A DNA stretch of 64,000 nucleotides from Octopus bimaculoides (taxonomy: Eukaryota), in contig NC_068983.1 of assembly GCF_001194135.2 (NCBI RefSeq), forward strand, positions 44,060,425 through 44,124,424. The letters are read 5' to 3'. Positions 38,590 through 48,445 of the stretch are shown piece after piece. Position numbers and translations under genes: made by a program. Every line of letters starts with the position of its first letter. The stretch's first letter is position 1. The notes below the pieces were generated by a model. The model had not been told where the DNA came from and did no database searches. It worked only from the letters and a program-made list of their open reading frames with translations.

Positions 38590-38815
38590 TGTCATATCAT
38601 TCAATCCCCGGAGATCCAATCGTGGATGTATGGGAGCAGTTGATTGTGTTTGCTGGCCACCGGGGTGTTTAAGGGTGGCCAGCCTTGCGGTTTCCTGGGG
38701 CCGATGATGAACAGCTCTTGAAGCTTTTGCTCCGAACTTTGTGTGGTAAAAATACAAATTGTCCCATGTAACCTCATCATGTCTCGGAGTCGACTTTATG
38801 GTGTTGATCGTAACA
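38590..38815 (-). mobile_element. Gypsy-type LTR retrotransposon gag/protease remnant
   Basis: LYFYHTKFGAKASR resembles the CxYHxxFGxxAxxC gag knuckle; a frameshifted LLPYIHDWISG resembles the sequence just before the protease FLVDTG motif. Confidence 0.5.
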
Positions 38816-39003
38816 CTGCTAAACAAAAAAAAAATGTTCACCAGCTGCTTTCGTTAACTCCTGTAGGTTCTTGACCTTGGTGTGAGTTACGAGGGACTGG
38901 TTCTGGGCTGGTAATTTACGGTGGAATATCTCTTTAAATAAAAAAAAAAAACAAGGTGACTCACCAGGAGGCAGTAATGCCAGCATCCTATCTATTCAAA
39001 AGG

Positions 39004-42000
39004 CTTGGAATCGCCTAACCCATCAGTATACAATATCTTGGGGCCTTGCTTCCTGATCGCTAAGCCGGAATGTTTCTATGAGTCTTTTATATAGTCTCAC
39101 ATTTGCGAATAACTGATGATTTACTTAGGATGTCTAGCACCCTTATTACTGTGTCCTGGTCCAGGGCTACTATTACGTCGGAATGTCTTTTGGGATTGAA
39201 GAAAATTCACCTCAACCCTACATTAAGCTTGGTTTGGCCATAATTGTTGGAACTTAAAGCATGATGGTATTCACGTTCACCACTTTTAACTTTTGGCAAC
39301 TGTACATAAAAATAGCCACAAACAAGAATATAATCCACCATTGGAGCCCAAGTCTCATTTGCCATCTGACCGGAAGTTTCTTTTCTGGCAACCAGATTGA
39401 TAACTAGTTTGCACTAAAGGCCCTCGTCTACAGTTTGTCTCTTAGGAGTTCATGGGCAGTGCCCTACACCTGATGCTTGAATGTATTAAGCAAAATCAGC
39501 TTTGAATTCATGATGACCTCGGTTATTTGGTCTGGTGATGCATTTGACAATATTTTAACCATGTGCTGTCCAACTCTACCACTTTTCATTTGATTATATT
39601 TCTAGTTTACTGTATTTGATGGCATATAAGGCACACATGGTAGAGGGTTAAAAAATGCACTGAAATGTTATATTCCTGAATATATATCACTGAAATTAAG
39701 GTGCGTCTAATATATCTGAGGATATTTCATTCCATCAAATATGATATTCTTGACAGTCAATAATGAAAGTATTTAAAAAAAACGGAAGTAGTCCATAATG
39801 GAATTATTTATGTCTTCTATTATATCCTTTCGTAGTTAAGATTATTGACTGTAAATTGATAGGATACATATTCGGATTACATTCTGGAAATTTATTGGTC
39901 ACTGATCTGGTCAGATGACATTACTAAGAGTAAAACAAAAAAAACCAGCAATGCTAATAAGAATAACTCTTCTTAATTTGAGTATAAGACAAGCAATTTT
40001 GAGGAGGCAGAAGCCGATTGCATTGGTCCCAGTACTCAGCTGGTATTTATTTTATTGATCCCATTGTAATTATTCTTATACAAAAAGACCTCATCACTAT
40101 CAACAAAGCCATTATTGCTTCATAAGCCTTTGTTGCTATGGTAACTGTTTGGTCCTGGATCAAATATATGTTGTCACAAAATGGGATGATATTTACTGGG
40201 AAATTTAGTAAAATGTATCCAAAACAGCAGGAATTTCATTATCGTCAGAAAGAAGTCTTTTTCTGTAATTTTATTGTTTTTTTTTTTTCTTAATCTAATG
40301 AAAACCTAAAGGCATCCAGCCATAGAAACCATGCCAAAGCTGATAGTAGAGCTTGGTGCTGTCACCTGATTTTCCAGCTTCTTTCAAACCACCCAACCCA
40401 TGCTGGCAGCATGGAAAACAGACGTTAAATAATGATGATGTCACATGGATGTAACTCAGTGGTAGGGTGCTTTGCATGTAAAAAGCCTTGGGTTTAATCC
40501 CTGACATTTCCATACCATCTAATTTTATGTCCACCCCAGGCCAAGATAGAAGAGGTATTAAATGATGATCAGTTAAGGTTATCAATAAACAAACAAATTG
40601 TCATATGAAGAAAATTTTATTAAAAAATATCCATTTTTCTGAAAGTTATGAGGAAATAAAGTCGATGGGGCACACTTGGAATCGCCTAACCCATCCTGGG
40701 CCTTTTTCCTGATCGCTAAGCCGGAATGTTTCTATGAGTCTTTTATATAGTCTCACATTTGTGAGTAACTGATGATTTACTTAGGATGTCTAGCACCCTT
40801 ATTACTGTGTCCTGGTCCAGGGCTACTATTACGTTGGAATACCTTTTGGGATTGAAGAAAATTCACCTCAACCATACATTAAGCTTGGTTTGGCCAGAAT
40901 TGTTGGAACTTGAAGCATGATGGTATTCACACTTGTCATGATTGTGTGTTCATGTTTTCTTCTATTTCTGGTTCACCACTTTTAACTTTTGGCAACTGTA
41001 CATAAAAATAGCCACAAACAAGAATGTAATCTGCCATTGGAGCCCAAGTCTCATTTGCCATCTGACCGGAAGTCTCTTTTCTGCCAACCAGATTGATAAC
41101 TAGTTTGCACTAAAGGCCCTCGTCTACAGTTTGTCTCTTAGGAGTTCATGGGCAGTGCCCTACACCTGATGCTTGAATGTATTAAGCAAAATCAGCTTTG
41201 AATTCATGATGACCTCGGTTATTTGGTCTGGTGATGCATTTGACAATATTTTAACCATGTGGTGTCCAACTCCACCACTCTTCATTTGATTATATTTCTA
41301 GTTTACTGTATTTGATGGCATATAAGGCACACATGGTAGAGGGTTAAAAAATACAGTAAAATGTTATATTCCTGAATATATATCACTGAAATTAAGGTGC
41401 ATCTAATATACCTGAGGATATTTCATTCCATCAAATATGATATTCTTGACAGTCAATAATGAAAGTATTTAAAAAATTGGAAGTAGTCCACAATGGAATT
41501 ATTTATGTTTTCTATTATATCATTTCGTAGTTAAGATTATTGACTGTAAATTGATAGGATACATATTCGGATTACATTCTGGAAATTTATTGGTCACTGA
41601 TCTGCTCAGATGATTTACTTAGGATGTCTAGCACCCTTATTACTGTGTCCTGGTCCAGGACTACTATTACGTTGGAATGTTTTGTGGGACTGAAGTTAAT
41701 TCACCTCAACCCTACATTAAGCTTGGTTTGGCCAGAATTGTTGGAACTTATAGCATGATGGTATTCACGTTCACCACTTTTATCTTTTGGCAACTGTACA
41801 TAAAAATAGCCACAAACAAGACTATAATCCACCATTGAAGCCCAAGTCTCATTTGCCATCTGACCGGAAGTCTCTTTTCTGCCAACCAGATTGATAACTA
41901 GTTTGCAATAAAGGCCCTCATCTACAGTTTGTCTCTTAGGAGTTCATGGGCAGTGCCCTACACCTGATGCTCGAATGATTAAGCCAGTTTGAATGTATTA

Positions 42001-42066
42001 AGCAAAATCAGCTTTGAATTCATGATGACCTCGGTTATTTGGTCTGGTGATGCATTTGACAATATT
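39004..42066. repeat. Local triplication of a ~0.9-kb segment (A 39004-39918, B 40675-41613, partial C 41608-42066)
   Basis: Copies align at high identity by eye; B carries a 40-bp insert absent from A and C. Confidence 0.95.
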
Positions 42067-44659
42067 GAGGCGGTACACTTGTGTAGGAGTGCCTACAAAG
42101 TATGTTGAGCTAGTCGGAGGTTTGGCTGTTATTTCTAGCTTGTCGAGAGATTGCTTCAAAGCCTATTTAATGCGTGGGTTGGAAAACCCTGGCAGGTAAA
42201 AAGCACCCACTACACTCTCGCAGTGGATGGCATTAGGAAGGGCATCCAGCTGTAGAAACCTTGCCAGATGAGATTGGAGTCTGGTGCAGCTTTTGGCTTT
42301 CCAGACCTCAGTTAAACCATCCAACCCATGCCAGCATGGAAAATGGATGTTAAATGATGATGATAATGATGATTTCATTTTCTTTTTTAAATATTGGAAA
42401 GCAGTTTGTCATAATTTGGGGATTTTTGGTCTAAAGAGACCAGATTTATAAAAATAAGTGTAAGCATGGGTGTGTAGTAAGATGCTTGCTTCCCAACCAC
42501 ATGGTTACAGGTTCAGCCCCACTGCGTGGTACCTTGGGCAAGTGTCTTCTACTATAGCCTCTGGCTGACCGAAGCCTTGTGAGAGGATTTGGTAGAAAGG
42601 AACTGAAAGAAGCCTGTCATATATATATATATGAATGAAAGTAAAGGTTACAAACCTCATTAAGGGATATTGAAATCCTATGAAGGTACTGGTTAGTTAC
42701 TTATATAAAAATGTTGAACATTACAACTAATATTCAGCTGTAAGGTAACTATATAGACCATGGTTTATATATATTTATTTAAATAAGATAAGAAAATAGA
42801 CTATTAATAAATTATTTATTAATTTAAAAAATTGATAAAATCTCTTACAGCTGTTTCAATTCTAGACCTTCAGAAAATTAATAAAATTAAAAATTACTTG
42901 CAAGTTGACTCTTGTCAGAGGTAGTTTAAGATATACAAAATAGGTGTTCAGTTCCCGTATGTTGAGTATAAGGCTGCAATCCATTAACGGTCCTGTTTAT
43001 ATGGCTTTAAACCGTTAACAGTCTTGTTCATACAACTGCAAACTGTTAACGGTTCTGTTTATATTCTATATTTTAGGGGACACAGGTACCACATTGGTTG
43101 TATATTCTATGACAAAAGAGCTGACAGTCTTTTTGTCTGTTCTTTTGTCATAGAACATACAGTCATATACCTTGATAACTTTCAGATGAACGGTTCCTAA
43201 TTTAGGGATTAAGTCCTGGCATAAGTCATAAAATGGTCACAAAGACAAAAATCTTTTTACATTTTAAATATTTATGCATTTGTTTTGTAAAATTGTGTGT
43301 TGGAACAAATATTGTTATATTTGGGAACCGTCATTTTACTAATAAACACCTGCAATATTTGACTTTCACTTCAGCTTTATTATTATTATTATTTATTGGT
43401 TATTTTGTCAAGACTTTTGTTACACATTCTATGACCTCCTCAATGACTATTTGATCTTCTTTGTGTCTCCTCTTCTCTCTGGTCTTGTCCTGTTTAATCT
43501 GTCTGGTCTGTGCCTCTGTGTGTTTGGCATGTGTACCTATGCCGTGTGCATGTGTAGGTTTGTATATTGCAGTTTATGTCTGTCTTCAGTCCTTTGGTGG
43601 TGGGGTGGGTGATATTATACCATTCATGTTTTCAAAAACGCTGACAGTACCACCTGATTGGTGCTCGTGCTAGTGGAACGTTAAAAGCACATCCGAGCGT
43701 GATCGTTGCCAGGGCCATGGATTGGCTCCCGTGTCGGTGGCACGTGAAAAGCAATATTCAAGTGTGATTGTTGCCTTACTAGCACATGCCAGTGGCACAT
43801 GAAAAACAACATTTGAGCATAGTTGTTGCCGCCGGCCTGGCCCCCATGCAGGTAACACGTAAAAAAGACCTTTTGAGCATGGTCGTTGCCAGAACCGCCT
43901 GACTGGCCCTCATGCCATGGCATACAAAACACCCACTACACTCAGTGGTTGGCATTACGAAGGGCATCCAGCTGTAGAAGCTTTGCTAGATCATATTTGA
44001 GCCTGGTGCAGCCTTCTGGCTCNNNNNNNNNNTGTAGAAGCTTTGCTAGATCATATTTGAGCCTGGTGCAGCCTTCTGGCTCACCAGTCCGCAATCAAAC
44101 CGTCCAACCCATGCCAGCATGGAAAGCAGACGTTAAATGATGATGTTTTCTGTTGAAGTTCTTTCTACTTTCTCTTGTGTGTGTGACCTCCATGATCTGT
44201 TGTGAGTGGTGCGTCAGTCCTGTTTGTGGATAAGATCTTAGCTTCTATGTTGTCTGTCACGACCCCATGTTCTAGCTTAGTGGTTCCCAGCATGGGGCCT
44301 GCAGACCCCTGGTGGTCTGTGAAGTAAGTTCAAAAATTCATATATATCATTATCATCATCATCATCATCATGGTTTAATATCCACTTTCCATGTTGGCAT
44401 GAGTTGGGCAGTTTGACTGAAGACTGGCAAGCCAGGAGGCTGCACCAGGCTCCAATCCAATCTGGCAAGGTTTCTATGACTGGATGCCCTTCCTAATGCC
44501 AACCACTCTGACTCTGAGAGTGTAGTAGGTGCTTTTTTACATGTTACTGGCATGGGAGCCAGTCAGGCTGCACTGGCATCGACCACGTATTAAAATGGGT
44601 CCATGGGAAAGCTCATTTAAATATTAGATGTTGGGACCCACTGTTGTAGCTTTTTCCCC

Positions 44660-45050
44660 TCCTAGAATAAATGTTGAGAATTTTATGCACCTATCCTCAC
44701 CTGGGTTCATGAATGTTGAGTAATAGCCGAAAGAGTACCCCTGTTTGTACCAGTGGCCAAAAAGGGGTTCTTCTGAAGAATCTCTAGAGTAATGTTTGAC
44801 AGGGTTCACAGCTCTGAGATCAAGAAGAGTCTCTCCAGATTGAGCCACTACTTCTCTGTGTTGAGAGGTCACAACTCTGGTACCATGGACATGTGATTAG
44901 AATGTTGGAGGAAAACATTGCAAGACAGATTCTTCAAGCCAAGTGGTGGGAGACCTAAGGCGTGGGGATAGACCAAGAATAAGAGGGTTGGATAATATTC
45001 ATAGTTTAAGTTGGTTACTTTGTTAATTTAGCCAGAAAGTGTATGGATGG
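44660..45050 (+). mobile_element. Second RTE family (Expander/Rex3-like) RT C-terminal remnant
   Basis: LYAPILT...DRVHSSEIKKSL.IEPLLLCVERSQL.YHGHVIRM...RQILQA; degraded. Confidence 0.65.
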
Positions 45051-45285
45051 CAAGTCTCTTCTCCAATAGTCATGGGCCAGTTAGTGCTTAGTGAGTGAAT
45101 TTAGTTGATGGAAACTGTGTGGAATCTCATCATACATGTAAGTGTATTTATGTATGTTTGTCCTCCCACTACTTGGTAATTGGTGTTGGTTTGTTTACAT
45201 CCCTGCAACTTAGTGGCTTGGCAAAAGAGAGCAATAGAATAAGTACTTGACTTGCTGTCTTCAGTTGTAGAAGTAACCTTTAAAC

Positions 45286-45433
45286 CAGTGCCCCACAACT
45301 GGTATGCCACAGTGTAACCTGAATATAATATTCTTTTTCCTATACGTTAAGTTATGTTTTTAGTTCAGGTGTGCCGCTGAATTTTGAAAAGAATGTAAGT
45401 ATACCGCAAGAGGGAAAAGGTTGCAGAGCACTG
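45286..45433. mobile_element. hAT MITE (148 bp) with a perfect 8-bp TSD
   Basis: TIR cagtgc(cc/tc)(ca/tg)caac; TSD ctttaaac at 45278-45285 and 45434-45441. Confidence 0.85.
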
Positions 45434-45529
45434 CTTTAAACAATGAAGTTATGTAAGAAAAATAACATCTACAAGCTTTTAAAAATATTTGTGAAGAATT
45501 CAATTGCAAATTGTGTGGCACAAGTCAGC

Positions 45530-45601
45530 ATGTGTATGTATGTATGTATGTATGTATGTGTGTGTGTGTGTGTGTGTGTGCGTGCGCGCGCGCGTGTGTA
45601 T
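45530..45601. repeat. Compound (TATG)n(TG)n(CG)n microsatellite (representative of numerous TA, CA and GAT tracts)
   Basis: Directly visible. Confidence 0.95.
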
Positions 45602-46649
45602 AGATGACAGAAATAGAATCTTTGTTGTTTATCATGACCTCACCTAATTTATCTTATCTAGAAACTTGTTACGAATTCACTTAACAAGGTGTAGTCATGT
45701 ACCTGACTGGAGTATTAAATAACATCCGATAGAGTCAACTTCCATTAGTTGACAACTGAAAGTAAACAGGAAAATATATTGAGCTTTTGTAGAAGTTGCT
45801 GTAGGTACAACAGAATGTATCTGTCACAAGTTTGGTGGCTCTAGTCACATATCTTCAGCATGACTTCACTAATTCTACATTCTCAGTGGCACCTGAATGA
45901 AACCTAAGCCATTTTCTGTAACCAAATTAATGTTTCTCCTCTCTCTTATTTTATTTGGCTTGCCTGCCTTTGTTACATGAACTGAAAAATGTTGTTAAAA
46001 GTGTCATTTGATGAATTTATATAAGTTTTATGTTCAACTCTTTTGCTATTAATCTGCTTGAAACCACACTTGGTTCTTTGACACAAACTTCCTGTTGTGA
46101 TCTAAACTAAAACATTCCATCAAAATTTCCTGTTAATATATTCTAAACATTAGCTTAATAACAATAAATCATAGATACAGGCATGGCTGTGGGATTAAGA
46201 ATCATGCTTCCCATTCAGGTGGTCTTGGGTTCAGTCCCACTGTATGGAACCTTAGGCAAGTGTCTTCTATTATAGCTCTGACAGACCAATGCCTTGTGAG
46301 TGGATTTGGTAGATGGAAACTGAAAGAAGCCTGTCTATATGTATGTACCTTTCTCTTGATTGTAAACAAACATCCGTCAGATGTGTGGCTCAGGGGAACC
46401 AGTATCACATTGATGATGATGTCATATATGCTATTGATGACTTTTATAACCAACAGAATGAATTCTTCACCCATGAGATGCAAGCACTTTAACGCCAATG
46501 GAAAAAGTGTAGACTACAAAGGGGACTATGCTGAAAAATAAACCTCCTTTGGTCACATTCCATGAGAGTATCTTAGTTGGCCTATGAACTTTTCAGCCAA
46601 CACTCCTGTATTAATGTTCAGTTATAAAAATTAACTTTACATTAATCTG

Positions 46650-47460
46650 ATGGGTTATCATTATCACTGTTCAATGCCTGTTCTCCCTGCTGGCATGGGT
46701 TGGACTGTTCGACAAGAGCTGGCAAGCTGCACCAAGCTCCAGTTGTCTGATTTAGCATGGTTTCTATGGCTGAATACCTTTTCTAACACCAACCATTTTA
46801 GTGTACTGGGTTCTTGTAATGTAGTATTGGCACAGGTGCCTTTGTGTGACACTATCATGGATGCTTCGATATGTCCTCCAGAACCTCTGAGCCTGCAAGA
46901 CTAGGATCTTTCAGCTGAGAGTGGGATGTAGAGGACATGCTTACTTAGCTTGACAGGTCTTCCCAAACACAGCAAACCATCAGAAGTCTCAGTCTCTTGT
47001 CATCTCCTTTGTAAAGCCATTGTCCCATGTCTAACTGGATCTCCTTCCACATGTTCCCTCAACAATTCGGGATTAACACCTCTTGATGCAGCTGTCTTCA
47101 TCCATATGCATGACACGAGCATACCAGCTTTCTTGCACACTACATCAGATGCCTTGTGTATCCAATTCTTCTCTCCAATCTCTTACACTGTCATTACCCA
47201 TCCAGTGAAGCATACTGGCTTCATTTCTTTCAAACAGCCCATGCTTCACTGCCATGCAGCATAGCTGTTCGTAGACAGGCATCATAAACTCTGCCAGAGG
47301 GGCTGTTTGTTACGAATGAAGGTAGTAAGCTCTCTGAACTTTGCCCAGCTTATTCTAGCCGCTATGCCTTCAGAACTACCTCCTCCTCTGCTAACTTGGT
47401 TGCCTAAGTAACAGAAACTACTACTTCTAAGGATACCTCTGGACATTTGCGGGATTCTAT
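46650..47460 (-). mobile_element. Degenerate RTE RT fragment with 3' tail
   Basis: The minus strand reads LEVV..FCYLGNQVSRGGGSSEGIAARISWAKFREL, followed by the RTE 3' module at ~46650-46860. Confidence 0.75.
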
Positions 47461-47639
47461 TTTCTGTACATTCCTAGTGTTTCGTGTTCCTGCTCATCTG
47501 TCACGTAAAGACTACTTTAACCGTCCTGTGACAAGGCAGCACTTCTTGTGTGTCCATAACTTGCACTTGGTACACTGTATGGAGTTTCAACATTAATTAA
47601 GAGGGGTGTTACCTTGGATTAGATAGCACTACTGATGCT

Positions 47640-48445
47640 ATCTTCACTACCAGAACTAAAGAAATTTCAGGTATAGAAGCAAGGTCTCGAAACAAAGGGT
47701 CTTTGAGTCAACTTAGCAAAGATCAAAGTATTGATAAGTAAGACAACAGACAAATTGCAGATCCCTTCAGGAAGAAACTCCATAAGGTGTATCGAGTGCA
47801 AGCTATGGACACATAAGATATGCAGTGGTATCACTGGACAACTAATGGAGAAGGTAGCCTTTACATGTGACAGATGTGTAGGTACATTAAACACCCAGAG
47901 TTTATGAAAAATAGACTCCCTCATATGCTAAGGGGGATCCCTAGAGTTAGTAGACAGTTTCCGTTACTTAGGTGACCATGTTAGTAGTGGGAGGTGGTGG
48001 TGGTTCTGAAAGCATAGCTGCTGGAATAAGAATAGACTGGACGAAGATCAGAGAACTATCTCTGTTGGTAAAGAAGAGCCTCTTCCCCCAAGTGAAAGGC
48101 AGTTTGTATTATGTTTGTATACAAACAGGTCTGCTACATGACAGTGAGACATGGGCTGTGACTACTGAGGATATGTGAAAACTCGAAAGAAACGAAGCCT
48201 TTATGCTGTGCTAGCGTAAAAAAATGGACAGAAAATCTGAATTTACAAGGCATCAGATGTAGTGTGAAAGAGAGAAGACTGCACTGGTATGGCCATGTAA
48301 TGCATATGAATGAGGATAGTTGCATCAAGAGGTGCCAATCTCTAAATGTAGAGGGAAGAGGTAGACCCAGAGCCTGAACAGCCCTTCAGCTTGTCAACTC
48401 GTCCAACCCATGTCAGCATGAAAAATGGACGTTAAATGATGATGA
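47640..48445 (+). mobile_element. Degenerate RTE RT fragment (with CxxCxxWxHxxC insertion) and 3' tail
   Basis: KQGLETKGL.VNLAK.KV...IRCIECKLWTHKICSGITG...LELVDSFRYLGD...LLHDSETWAVT; ends in gacgttaaatgatgatg. Confidence 0.8.

Noticed and set aside
39112-39200. CTGATGA in the triplicated unit as a possible hammerhead or C box
   Set aside because: There is no stem II + GAAA, and no copy has both an intact C box and D box.
43975-44080. 48-bp direct repeat flanking a 10-N gap
   Set aside because: Identical sequence on both sides of the gap indicates an unmerged contig overlap, not a biological duplication.
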